A program made the translations under genes and the position numbers. Below are positions 11,024 through 23,248 of a stretch of 64,000 bases of DNA, piece after piece. Each line of letters opens with the position of its first letter. Position 1 is the first letter of the stretch. Where the stretch lies: the NCBI GenBank assembly GCA_004764695.1, contig SMSO01000033.1, positions 992,001-1,056,000 of the forward strand. The letters run 5' to 3'. This stretch comes from Schizochytrium sp. TIO01. Lineage: Eukaryota; Protista; Bigyra: Labyrinthulomycetes. The notes under the pieces are model-generated. The model saw only the letters and a list, made by a program, of their open reading frames with translations, was not told where the DNA came from and ran no database searches.

Positions 11024-11800
11024 TTACAACGTGCTTGGTGTAAGGGCAGTCCTCCCTTCCAAGGTGCCACTTGCCTGTGCGAGAGCAAAACACTTGAACA
11101 AGAAACACTGAGTATAGTCATCGGTCTGATAGATTACACAGATTTGCTCAACCAGAAATATCCCGTGCTCAGAATTCGGTACGTCCTCACCAAACAGTGC
11201 ATTGCCCTTTCCTCCGGTCCAAGACACTTAGATTGGGAAAGCTCTGCGTAGATCGCTCAAGGTGCTGCACACTTCAAGCTTTAGGGAGGCATGACCCCAG
11301 ATGCTGGTTGCCACGCCGTGCCGAAATGCAGTCAAACGCAAGACATATTGGCGTGAACCCCAGCCATCTGTTTCGCTAACGTGTCGCGCTATCACATCTC
11401 TGATCTGCAATTCCATCTCCTACTACTAGAATCCTTTGCAAGTCACCTTGAAGTCTGCGTATTTCCCACATCCAATTGAATCCACAGCTCGGCTCCCATC
11501 AAAAGGTTCCTTCATGCTTTGCTCTCGTTGACCTGATCTGACCATAGCAACGCACATTTCGTAGATTGCATGCGTGAATACTTGATTTGTGGTGGCAGCC
11601 TTGCTCTGCGAGTTCCCCATAACAACAAACACGACACAAGTTTGAATGCCAGTAAGGCCAACTTCTCACCTCCCTTTGCACTACAAATATCCCAGACGGC
11701 AAAACAACTTCAAGAATTCTCGCAATTCCTGTCGCACATCAGATCGCATGATTTCAGGTCGCAGCACATCGCCTTGCCTCGCCGCCCTTTGCTTCATTTC
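11024..11800 (-). pseudogene. Frameshifted, decayed ankyrin-repeat gene
   Basis: Ankyrin-like pieces occur in order across three minus-strand frames: AARQGDV, LFCRLGYL, LLMGAELWIQLDVGNT, VSETDGWG/FTPICLA..ARRGNQHL and GRTA/LHQA (one extra C). Stops and frameshifts lie between them. Confidence 0.5.
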
Positions 11801-13355
11801 CAAGAGGCGGCATTCTTCGTGGCAAGGAGAGCGATCTCCCTTTGCAACTCTCGGCGACAGCGCGGACTCAAAGAACTCTCCTCAGAATTCGGATGCAGAA
11901 CGACAGCCAAAATAATCGCAGAGAATCCGTTTCGAGGCAGATCACCGGCACCCCGTGGGCGCGGGCTTTCATACCTACACCCCGCCAGCAAGGGAATATT
12001 CTTCAACCCGTCGCGAAGAGCGTCCTGCAACACAGGATGTTGCTAGTTTGCGAAATCCTCGGCTTGCTTGGTGGATAGACAGATAGCCACGGGAGAGGAC
12101 GAGGAAGCTCTGGGAGCTCTCAGAAACCGCTGCTTATGCTTGCAAGCCTACGCGGAAGCCTCCTTCGGTTGATTTTAAAATCATTGACGAGCTTGAGCCA
12201 GCCGACCAGCCAGCCAGCCAACGAACTCTTGCACAGACGTTGAGCAGAGTCCATGGGCTCTTTCGAAGAAACGAACACCTCGGAGGCACCTAGCTAGTCA
12301 TCGCACCGCGTGGATGCCGAGCGGGGACTTTTCCTGCAGGATAACGCCCACGACGTCGGCCAGCTCAGCCGTAAGCCGAAGAAGCAGCTTTAGCGCAGTT
12401 CTTCCACTCCGGGTCCCAGTTCCTCTTCAAGATAAAACAACCCAGCGCAGAAACTAACTCTCGTTTCGAGGCCAATCCCTGCTAGCCCCGCGGCATACGG
12501 CGGTTATCCGTAACGAGCTCGAGGAATCAGGCCCTCCGGAGCTCCGGCTGCCACAAAAACGGAATGCGCATTGATCGTGGCGTCGATGGACAGTCAGTTC
12601 CATCGTGAAGAACTGACTTTGCTGTTTGTTTCTGCACCTCACTTTTTTGAATTTTGCTTCTTTTTTTCTTTGTTTTTTTCCAAACATAAGCAGTTCCGCT
12701 TCTTCTTGATTTTGAATTCGAAGCATTCATTCAAAAACGTGTCGCTCGAGGAGACTAGGTCCACAGTAGGAGGTGCCTACCTACCTACCTACGCAAGCAA
12801 GCAAGCAATTTCATGAGGATTTGAAAAACCGACTTGAAGAAAGTGCCTCGTTAACGGTCGGCGAGCGCGGAATTGCCTGCCTTTGCGCTAGCTAGCCAGC
12901 CAGCTAGCTAGCTTCTGGGAAGCGGGGCTGCAGAGCGCCAAGCCGCCGGCGGGTCTAACAGTCACCGCGCAGGCCATCCGCAGGCCATATTGAGGGCCTG
13001 TCTGGGCGAAGAAGCGGTCGCAGCGTTTCACTGAGCTTGAATTGAACCCTTTCCTCAAAAAGAAAAATCTTATTTCATTATTATTATTTTTTCAAATTGA
13101 GAGATCATTTCCAAACGCGCTTCTGCGAGAAAAAGAATAACAAAGAAAGAAAGAAAGAAGACCTTCGCAGGTTCGAGAGGCGATCGATCTTCTTTCTACT
13201 CAGGTACAACTAAAACCTGTGGAAAAGGTACACCAGCCGAGGCCTGGCCACAGCCGACCTCTGCCATGCGCATCCACCCACGCAGAGCTCCAAAGGATCG
13301 AGTTTTAATGACCTGAGTGTTTGCTGAGTTGCGTTGACGTCGACAGCGGTTTCCA

Positions 13356-13430
13356 GTTGTTTTGTCTACAGTTGTTTTGTCTACAGATGTTTTGTCTACA
13401 GATGTTTTGTCTACAGATGTTTTGTTTACA
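13356..13430. repeat. 15-bp minisatellite, G(T/A)TGTTTTGTCTACA x5
   Basis: Five tandem units read directly from the sequence. Confidence 0.95.
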
Positions 13431-13440
13431 GACAGGTAGG

Positions 13441-13442
13441 TT

Positions 13443-13504
<62 letters not shown>
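13441..13504. repeat. (TTTC)n microsatellite, about 16 units
   Basis: Read directly. Confidence 0.95.
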
Positions 13505-13505
<1 letters not shown>

Positions 13506-13782
13506 GCGAGTTCTTTGCATCCGTGTGGATTCTTCAAGCTCTGGTCAAACCTCTTTCTGGGTCAGATTGTTTGTTTGCGGATCGCGAGCTGCGGCTCAGG
13601 GCCTTCGTTCTCTGTGGGCGAAGCAGAGCGAGCTCCAGGCGGTCTACCACCACGCGGTCCGCGCGCACAGCGGAGTCCTTGGAGCGATCGATGAAGAATG
13701 TGCAGAACTTGGAATTGCTGCGTGGGCTTTCAAGAGAGACTTTTCTTTCTTCAGAGAGGTGGGAAAAGGAGCGCAGAAAGCG

Positions 13783-13924
<142 letters not shown>

Positions 13925-16378
13925 TCTCGCTTGCTTTTCTCAAGAACCTGAGGCCACGGTAAGAGGAGGGAGAGTCGAGGCGAAGAGGAGAAGCGCGGCC
14001 CTCGCCGTTCACGAGACATTTCTCGCAGGTGGTTGCGTTTTGCAGAGAAGAAGACCTGATCTGATAAGCAGCTAGCAAGCTACGGCTTCTTCTCTCCGCT
14101 GAGCGAAATTATTGGAGCTCATGGATGGCGAGATTTCAACAGCACTCGATTATGAAAAGGCGAGGTGTAATTCTTATTTATTCTTGATTATTTAAAAGCT
14201 GAAGACCTGAAAGAGCCTAAATCTCTTTTTCAAATGTTCTTTCACGTTTCTTGTGCTCGTTTCTTTCCAAGCCGCTTCTTCGGCAAGAATACGATGATAA
14301 CTCTGATTCCCAGTAAGTGTACCCACCCACTTGGTAGGAACCCCCTTTCCTCTAGCTACAGTGAGATGAAGACAAGACAGAGAGAGACAGAGAGAGTGAA
14401 TCTCTTGCAGGTACTTTAGCACTAATAATCAGCGAATGAGGCCTGCCGTTCTTCTGGATCTTTTGCCCAGAGCTTCATGCTCCGGGTCCGTTGCGGTCCT
14501 GAGTGGGGATATGTGATGTACTATATGTGATACTGTGGGAATTACTATTACAAGAATTTTAGGAATCTTCTGTTTGTACCGATGCAACATTGTACTGCTA
14601 TACTGCTAGTATAGCATGAAGGCCAGTGCCCATTGACGTGTGATCTCTGTCCCGACTGCACGAAAAAATATCCATTCCTGCTTGTTAGAGGGAAAAGTGC
14701 GGGGGGATGTGGTGACTTAAATAGACTGACTGCAATTGATCGATAAATGGGAAGCTGTGGGAAGTAGGTGGATTAGATCGTTCTCCGGGCTGTGGGCCTC
14801 GGCCTCGTTATGAAAACAGGCGGTCTCCCAGCTTTTTCCGTACCCCCCGCACGAACACCCGCGTCTCCACTGGGGAAAACTCTAGTTTATCGAGTGATCT
14901 CCTCTGAGGGCGGAAAGGCAGTGTTGTACGGAGGGGGTTTCAAAAAGAGGTCCGTTTCGGGAAGGTGTCTCCTCTAGCGCTTTCTTTCTTTCTCTCCTTC
15001 CAGCCTCCGAGTTGCTTGGCCAAAAGCTCTGCAAAGCCTGCTGTTTCCTTCTCGTTTACGGCCGTTCCCGCTAAGGAGGCGCCCGCTTCCGTCGGCCTCT
15101 GCCTTTTCCTGCCTGTCCTGAGCGTCTCACTCCCCCCACTGCCTCTCCCTATCTGCTTCCTGTTTATGATCCTGGCGAGGAAAAGAGAGAAAGGCTGAGA
15201 AACTGTGCTGCATATTTGTTTTTTTCTTCTGATAATTAGTAGTTTTTCTCTCCCAGACAATCTTTTTTAATTTTTTAAATTAATTTTTTTATTTAAATTT
15301 CAATAGGCCTCCGCCTCCCCTCATAGTAACCTCGTATCAGCCTCTGCGCAGCACCGGTTTCCTTTTTGCCACAAAACTACGATCGTTCTGTAGGACTCGG
15401 GTAGAGACACATAGGCGAATCTCCCTGTCTCCTTCTTTCTGTTTCCTGGATACAGACAAACAAACAAACAAACAAACAGACAGTCATACATATTATCCAT
15501 ATATAGGTGTATATAGAGAGATCGATTGATTGATTAATTGATCGAAGAAAGGCCCTGTGTCTCTTGCTCTCTTGCTCCCCTTCTCTTCCGGCCGTCGCGA
15601 AGGCCCGTTCCGCCTGCCTCAATCTGGCTCCAGCGAGGCCTCTGAGCGCCTTCCCCGCTGCCTTCTGAGCTGCCTTGGCAGCTTTGGCCTTCTCGCGTCC
15701 TTCTATTGCGGAGCTGAGTGTCAGCGTGCCCTCCATCCTGTGTTTTTATTGACAGGCACGGAAGGACGTCTTTGATGATTTATGTCTTGTTGCGGAGTAG
15801 TAGTTAGGTATCTGGCACTAGCACGCATCCAATCTATTTTGAGACTAATTTTTCAAATTGAAACATCACTGGAGGAACAGAAGGACGATGGGTCCGGTAA
15901 TGATTGCACGTGATGATACAAATATTGTAGTCTGTCAGAGTACAGGTGATCACATTAAACGATCAAGAGTAGAGAGGATAGATGAGACGGTGTTAGGGGA
16001 GTCGAAAGAATGGGGCTTTTGGAATGACTGTCTCTTTTTTTCCCCTTTCTCGAATGGCTCTCTCACCAGGCGTAGCTTTAGCATTATGTGACCCTTATTA
16101 GAAATCTCTCTTTGGGCCCAGTGGGGGGCACTCACATAAGTCCTCCTTTTCGGATAATTTTCTCCTCTGTCTCCACTGGCGCTTCGATCGATTTTCCTCT
16201 CTGTGTGTGGCCTCGTTATTTCCTCTGAGACTCACTGCGGAGGCGCCTGTTTGGGTTTGTATGTGCTGCGGCCTGTTCTGCGCCGCAAAGAGAGCGCCAA
16301 AGAGAGAGCGAAAGAGAAGAGCGAATCCAAATCATTAACGCCGCGACTCGCTCAGCTCTCGCTTCTCAGACTTCGCAG

Positions 16379-17242
16379 GTACGTTTACACAGCGCTGCGC
16401 TCGGCACGAGATGGCCTCCGTCCTGGATGGAGGACAGGCCGGGCTACATACAATGCAAAAGGCTCCATCGCGGAGCCCGCACCTCGATTCGCAAGGCCAT
16501 GAAGCGTCGCCAGTTAGTTGCCTTGCTGTCTGCTTGTCTGGCCATCAATCTTTCTTTGATCAGCTCTGTTGAGTGTCAGATTGGTTGATTGATCTATTCT
16601 TTTCTTTGTTTGGTTTGCTTGTTTCTGTTGGAGTATTCTCTGCTTCTTAGCACAATGTCATAGTGTTGTTGAATAAACTGTGGAATATGCGATATGTGTC
16701 ATATGCTGTACAAAATGCCAGGCCGATCTGCTTGTGACCTCAGCGACGTGGAGTACGAATCTCGAGGGGGCTGTGTGGATTATCAGAGCTCGCAGAGATG
16801 GAGGAGTACTGCCACCGCGATGGAGACAACAGCCTGGCGCAACGGAGTAGAGGATGAGAAGAAATGGATAACTCTTGGAATCATTCTTCTCGAATAAGTA
16901 AAGAATCAATGAATTGGTAGATCAACGAGTTGACCATCGGTTAGGTTCGAGGCCATGGTTGAGGACCCTGTAGATCTACCTGTGAAACAGTTGATCAGAA
17001 TGTGCGGGACGATGGTTGTCTGTAGAGGCGTCACAGACAGACAAGACAGAGAAACATAACAAGACGACACGTAAAGGACAAATAGACAAAAGAGCTGAGA
17101 TACCTTGTCCCCTGGATGGATCTTAACCCTTTTCTGAAGAATCTGGCTATGTTTTGTTTGCAATTACATGAAAAGAAATAACTAACGCTCGTGTAAAAAC
17201 ATGTATTGCCATGGATTGAATAATAATTATTGCCATTCACAG
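16379..17242 (+). other. Probable 5'-UTR intron of the VDAC gene
   Basis: Donor CAG|GTACGT at 16379 and branch point ACTAAC at 17181. Acceptor CACAG ends at 17242 (alternative TTTAG at 17258), about 20 nt before the ATG at 17263. Confidence 0.55.
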
Positions 17243-17262
17243 TTTAACACCCTTTTAGCAAA

Positions 17263-18105
17263 ATGGCCCCTTCCAAGTTCAAGGATGTCGGCGGCGCTGC
17301 CAACGACCTCATCAACAACGACTACTGCTTCGACCGCAAGTTCAAGCTCAAGACCAAGAGCGTCAACGGCCTCGTCCTCACCACCGAGGGTACCCTCAAG
17401 CCCAAGGGTGTCGCCGGTAAGCTCTCCGCCAGCTTCAGCCCCTTCGATGGCATCACCATGAAGAAGGTCTGCGTGACCACCGAGGGCCGCTTCCAGACCG
17501 AGGCCTCCCTCGACAACGCCCTCGAGGGCGTCACCTTCACCGTCAAGGCTGAGGACGGTGCCAACAAGCCCCCCGCTGGTGAGCTCTGCGTGGACTACAA
17601 GTCTGCCAACGCCACCGTCAACACTAGCGTTGACGTCTGTGACGTGAACGGCCCCACCCTCTACGGTGCCTCAACCGTCGCCTACGAGAACTTCCTCGTT
17701 GGTGGTGAGGTTCGCTACAACACCGGCTTCGACTCCACCGACGGCTCCCCCTCCGTCGTTGACTACAACGCCGCTGTTGCCTACCACGGTGGTGACTTCG
17801 TTGCTTCCCTCTCTACCAAGAAGAAGCTCTCCAACGTTACCTTCAACCTCCACCAGCGTTACTCCAAGGATGTTGAGCTCGCCACCACCTACAACCACTC
17901 CTCCAAGCTCCTCACCGTCGGTGGTATCTACAAGCTCGATGCCGCCACCCTCCTCCAGGGTAAGATCAACTCCAACGGTATCGCCTCCGCTAACGCCATC
18001 CAGGCTATCAGCCCCGGTGTCAAGCTCATCTCCTCCGTCGAGGTCGACGCCAAGAACTTCGCCGGCGACTCCCACAAGTTCGGTCTCCAGCTCATCCTCG
18101 GCTAA
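17263..18105 (+). CDS. VDAC: Voltage-dependent anion channel (mitochondrial porin)
   Basis: 280 aa. N-terminal P.F.DVG..ANDL...DY, alternating beta-strand pattern and C-terminal beta-signal HKFGLQLILG. Very strong C-ending codon bias. Confidence 0.95.
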   Translation: MAPSKFKDVGGAANDLINNDYCFDRKFKLKTKSVNGLVLTTEGTLKPKGVAGKLSASFSPFDGITMKKVCVTTEGRFQTEASLDNALEGVTFTVKAEDGANKPPAGELCVDYKSANATVNTSVDVCDVNGPTLYGASTVAYENFLVGGEVRYNTGFDSTDGSPSVVDYNAAVAYHGGDFVASLSTKKKLSNVTFNLHQRYSKDVELATTYNHSSKLLTVGGIYKLDAATLLQGKINSNGIASANAIQAISPGVKLISSVEVDAKNFAGDSHKFGLQLILG

Positions 18106-18688
18106 GTGCAAAGATACACGTTCTTTTTTATTTTCAATTGGACAAAGTGTTTTGATATTTTCCTTCTTGAACCTTTCTTACTATTAGAGCAAATCCCCCT
18201 CTTGCCCTTGTTCTATTCTGAACCTTGCTCTTCTTGTCCTCAAATCGTTTAGGTACGCATTTTCTCCCAGAGGAGCAGCAAAAACCTATAACGCTCTGTA
18301 TTCTGAACCCCCTCAATGTTTAGTTCTTATACTCTCACATAAGTCCGCACTGCAAAATGGGGAGTATGTGTTACGAAGATGAAATGGTGTATTACATCGA
18401 TGCGAAAGAATTAGTTGTGCTGAGACTTTTGATTTTGCGAAGGATTTAAAAACACCTATCTCTTAAAATGAAATAAACATGTACTTTCAAATATAACATT
18501 TATAAGATTTCAATAATGACAACCTGATCTGAGCATTGGCAAATTGCAAAAGAGCAAAGATCAAGTTTGGGCGTGCAGATTGTGAAGAAATGCTTACACA
18601 GAAGTTGCAGAAAGAACGTTCAAGAAATACCTACACACTTAAACCAATGCCAATGCAAAGGGGTCACTGACCGTAAATTGTCTTGCAA

Positions 18689-21073
18689 CTACTTTTCACG
18701 CCGCTCACGTTCTAGTTGCTTTTGTTGCGAGCGACCAAGCATCACTAAAATCGACTGGTTTTTACAGTCTTCAAGCATGCCAACCTCTTGAAGCCACAAC
18801 ATACAAGCTGTGTACACGGCAACCTCTGTACTCGACATCGCCATGGCCATTTTTGTCAAGGTCTTCTCTGAAGAGACAGACCCCATCATCGAGTCAAGCT
18901 GTCCTACCAAGAAATCGTCCTCTTCGTTCTCTTCCATTATACCACTTGGGCGGGATAGTACACCTCGAGAACCACCACCAGTGTTATTACTGCCGACAGA
19001 TAAGGTACGCCCGCTATTACCCAAACTCCTGCGACTCGAAGAAGAGCGAGCGCCGCCTCGGAAGGTATCATTTTTCATGGCAGTGAGCATGTTCAACTTG
19101 TCTACATCACGAAGAAACATATCACCCAATTGAGTTTTGCGAGCTTCAATTGGAATACTAGCAAGCTGGCTTAAAACATATTGAGCATCAGACCCGAGTG
19201 TACCCTCTGCGACGGTAAGACTCGTTAGCACTTCGTTAACTTTGAGCATCTCCAAGAGTCGAGCCGCCCCTTCATCGCAAACTCCGTGTGTGGACAGAGG
19301 CGGCAATACCGGTCCACCAACCGTGAGTCGCTCAACACTTGTGTTTACCTCGAGGCCTTCTGCTAGAGCAAAACATCCCTCGACACCTAATGCGCACGAA
19401 CGAAGATCTAAAGCACGCAAGGTACATCCCGGGTCGGCAAGGGCTGCAGAGAGTATCATAACTCCGTCTGCATCAATCTGCGTATAGCTTAGATCAATGT
19501 CCTCTACAGGACCGTCTCCACGAAACATGGCAGCTAGGTCCTCACAGCACGCGCTTGTGATAGGATTACCACTAAGATCGATGATAAGAATTTCCCGTGC
19601 ATAGTCTACAATGCCAGCAGCCAAGGTGCTTGCCGAAGCATCATCGAGGCCACATGCACGAAGCACAAGCTCTTGAGTTTGTTCAAGTCCACCCGATGAC
19701 AGTAAAACTTCCAAAGTCTCCTCCGACAGATCATTTCCGCTCAAGTCCAACTTGACAACAGATGTAGATGGAAGCACATTAGAGAGCATTGCAATTTGGG
19801 AAGTAGAAAGCATGCACATCCGCAGGGTCAATTCACGAAGTGCAGGCATGTTCTCAAGCGCATGCACAAACTGTTTAAATACTCGGTCCAGCGGCGTCCG
19901 GCTCAAATTGAGAGACTCAAGCACCTCACCAGCACCTTCACTGAGAGCATGCATCATCATTTCTAATCCATCATCACCCCGAGCACCTGAAATGTCAAGC
20001 GCGACTGGTCCGTTTTCACCAGCATCTGCAAGAACCGTAGCGAGACCTGTAAGGGCAACTTCCGAGGCGTCGGAGAAACGCACATACCGCGCTTCACCCT
20101 CACCAATAGCTGCACGAAGAATGTCAATGTCCTTGGATGTTTTAATCACAACATCAGCAGACGACTCGATGTGTCTCTTTGCACGTGCCTCACTGGACCG
20201 AGCAGAGACATGAATGCTACGTCGAGCCCCAGAGCTCCGCTGCCGAGACCAATCTTTCTTATTCAAAGACTTGCCTTTACTAGATGAATATTCCGCGAGA
20301 TCCTCAGCAGACTCACCTTCTGTGCGTAGCATTCCCTTCGACCTTAGACTCTCCCGGCGGGAAGCATCATTTGCACGACTTTTGTTAATGGATCGCTGGC
20401 TCGATCGTTGAGCAGAGCGACGCTTGACTGACATTGACAACCGACGAAGTACATTGTTTGATGCAGTACTAGTCTCCTCCTCCTCCGGCTCATTCGACTG
20501 TGTTAAGTCGCGCGTTGTTGGTGCATCGGACGGAAAGTCTTCAATGCTTTTTATCGACACGCGTTTGGACGATGCAGTTGTAATGGATCGAGTAGCAGCT
20601 GAGGTGCGGGACGAGCTTGACGAAGAAGCTGATGACGATGCTCTTGACATAGAAAGCCTTGGCGAAGGCGCCATTGTTGGGTCTTCGCAGTCCTGCTCAG
20701 TGGATCTTAAGCTCTGTCGCATAGAGCGTCTGGAAGCTCGCTTTGAATGACGTTTTGTGCTCGATGGCTTGGGGTTATCAAGAGGCAAATCAAACTCTAA
20801 CGCGTCAGACTCCAACGAGTCAAGCTCAAGCTGGACATCACGATGAGGATTCTCACAAAAAATTTCAGAGCTGGTTTGACCATCTTCGGCTGCCGCAGCT
20901 GCTGCGAAGCCAGCCATTTCATCGACAGGTCTTGATGGACGACGCTGCGTGAAGATGCGTGGCATCTTCACCATGTTCATCATGCCAGAGACAAGGCTTC
21001 CTGAACGAGAGGCTTTTGCAGAACTCTCGCGCGGCTCACTCTCGCCAGGCGTTTTGCCTTGACGCCTCCTCAT
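18689..21073 (-). CDS. RNI-type leucine-rich repeat protein with a long Ser/Arg-rich disordered N-terminus
   Basis: The ORF track starts at TTG 21109; the first ATG is 21073. LRRs of about 28 aa: LNLSRTPL, LDLSGNDLSEE, LVLRACGLDD, IDLSGNPITS, IDLSYTQIDADG, LDLRSCALGVEG. Confidence 0.85.
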   Translation of the reverse strand: MRRRQGKTPGESEPRESSAKASRSGSLVSGMMNMVKMPRIFTQRRPSRPVDEMAGFAAAAAAEDGQTSSEIFCENPHRDVQLELDSLESDALEFDLPLDNPKPSSTKRHSKRASRRSMRQSLRSTEQDCEDPTMAPSPRLSMSRASSSASSSSSSRTSAATRSITTASSKRVSIKSIEDFPSDAPTTRDLTQSNEPEEEETSTASNNVLRRLSMSVKRRSAQRSSQRSINKSRANDASRRESLRSKGMLRTEGESAEDLAEYSSSKGKSLNKKDWSRQRSSGARRSIHVSARSSEARAKRHIESSADVVIKTSKDIDILRAAIGEGEARYVRFSDASEVALTGLATVLADAGENGPVALDISGARGDDGLEMMMHALSEGAGEVLESLNLSRTPLDRVFKQFVHALENMPALRELTLRMCMLSTSQIAMLSNVLPSTSVVKLDLSGNDLSEETLEVLLSSGGLEQTQELVLRACGLDDASASTLAAGIVDYAREILIIDLSGNPITSACCEDLAAMFRGDGPVEDIDLSYTQIDADGVMILSAALADPGCTLRALDLRSCALGVEGCFALAEGLEVNTSVERLTVGGPVLPPLSTHGVCDEGAARLLEMLKVNEVLTSLTVAEGTLGSDAQYVLSQLASIPIEARKTQLGDMFLRDVDKLNMLTAMKNDTFRGGARSSSSRRSLGNSGRTLSVGSNNTGGGSRGVLSRPSGIMEENEEDDFLVGQLDSMMGSVSSEKTLTKMAMAMSSTEVAVYTACMLWLQEVGMLEDCKNQSILVMLGRSQQKQLERERREK

Positions 21074-22571
21074 TGTGTATTTATTTCTTTGCTCAAAATG
21101 GACTGTCAACTGTCGTTTATTTGCCCTGGCCCCGAGCCTGCCGTGTTTAAAGGCTGGATGGATACGACCAAAGCTACAGAAAGTTTTGAGACAGGCGTGT
21201 ATTTAGCAATTCTCTGAATGGAAGTACTAGATCTGGAGCTTCAAAACGTCGTAGTAGCGGTACTCTGCAAAAGTATACAGCGCAGAAGCTACGCTTTTCG
21301 ACTAGAGATTACAAATGTATGTTGCGTTCGACGAGACCCTTGCCCTCTTCAAGAACAGTTTACAGCAGTTCTACCGTACTAATCGGGCTTGTAAAGTCTT
21401 CGCGGTCCTTTAGAATGATTTGTTGCGATTTGCGACGATCCTGATGGAGTTTAATGATCAGCTAGAGAATAATATTCAGTCCTTTGGCTTGAACTCGCAG
21501 AGGTCAAGAGAGTTTATCACAAGAGAGTTTGTAAAAATGAACGCCTGCCTTCGCGTAAGGTGGTTCGAGGCAAAGAATACGCTGGTATGTTGCTTGTCTG
21601 TAGCCGTGGTTTCTTTGTTTCTTTCTAGAGCTGATTCAACTTGCTCCTTTCCTTGATCAATACTCACTTACCCGGACAGCGCCACCCAAAGCTCATGCAC
21701 TACGTTGCACACTCACGAAACCCGTTCAGAGGCCACGCACGCCCCAAGACACGTCTGTGAACCCAGGCGCCTGGCCCGCGGTGATCTCTGCAGCAAAGCA
21801 AGGGGCCGCGAGGGAGTCGAGATTGGGCCTCGTTTGCTCAAAGAAGGAGAAAGAAGAAGAGGATTGCTCGTTCACTTTCACTCTATAAATCCATCGACAA
21901 ACATAAACAGCTTGAAATAATAAGAGGGCAGAACATAAAGGAAGTTGCCACTGACTGCATTGATAAGGAAGGAGAATGCTAGTTTTACCAGCACTAATGC
22001 ATCATAGCCAAAATACACAAAGACCGTGCACGCGCCGCAATAAATACTACTCTAGAGTATGCTTTTGTTAGGTTTGTGATGAATTGATTGACTTGATTCA
22101 TTAGGCCCACATAAGTACTACTGGTAATGTGTGCGTGTGAAGTGTTTTTTATTTTATTTTAAACAGGTTTCCAAAACACTGTTAGTGAGTAAGTAGATAG
22201 AGGGTGGGTACATAATTAAGCATAAGGAAGTGCTACAGAAATAAGGAGGAATGGGTGCACGTGCAGAACCTGAAGAATTCATAAACTAGCAGAGCAATAG
22301 TAACAGTAAGATCACGTGTTGGAATGACAACCTCAGTCGTTGAAGAAGAAGATAGTGACTAACTCTTCACTCCACTCAAAGACCAAAGTGAATGTATGCG
22401 GTAGCCTCCGGTTGGACAAATTGCAGACTTTGGGCTCTCCTGACACATCGAGGAAAACTCTCTGGTACACGAAGACTGGAAATGCATTTCTTTCTGCGAA
22501 TATATATTGGGGTTCTCAACTGTTCAACCTGCTTTGCAAGCAGAGGCACGTTTTGTCAAATACTGGGATAG

Positions 22572-22604
<33 letters not shown>

Positions 22605-23248
22605 TAATTAATCGTATTGTGTCACTTGTATCGCTGATAGGCTGCATGATGGAAGGGCGACAGACATCGTAACAATTCGTTAGACTGACGACGGTCCTTT
22701 GGGTTGAAACTTTGCTACCTAGGATTTGATAATCATAATATTTTAAATTAAATACCTACCCAGACTATTTTTTTAGTCAAGGACACACTCAAGAGCGGGG
22801 AAAGAGGCCACTTCGTGCAACGTGGACATGCGCAATTGAGCTGCTGCAAACCAAGCCGGTAAGTGCTTAGAAGATAGAAGTAGCTTGAGTATTGGTTCAT
22901 CAGTAAATTCAATTTTAATGAGCAAAGAGAGCATATACACACACTTTTTTTTTACTTTTTTTTTTTTAAGAATTACTATTTATTTGAAAAATAAAGTTAG
23001 AATGACATATGGAGAGATATATACCAGCATGTATAGATATGTGAGAACCAAAATGTAACCCGTCAATATCATATATTGCCTTAGTTTTTCATAATAATCC
23101 GAATTGCACACAAGATGGAGTAGACCAGCAGCATCTCTGCGATAGACGCATAGTGTTGTTTGCATTTTTATAAATTGCTGTGTTGATTTTGTCTTTTGAT
23201 ACTTTGCCAGTCCTTGATAAGAATTTGCTGAAATTATAAAGTTATAAA

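Noticed and set aside
11426-11620. Small ORF starting MGNSQSK, resembling a myristoylation motif
   Set aside because: It lies within the frameshifted ankyrin remnant and has no other support as an independent gene.
13356-13430. Short direct repeats here and at 62866-62977 considered as CRISPR-like arrays
   Set aside because: The units are head-to-tail with no unique spacers, there are no cas genes, and the context is eukaryotic.
17666-18187. Overlapping and antisense ORFs on VDAC
   Set aside because: They are a by-product of the extreme codon bias, which removes stops from other frames.
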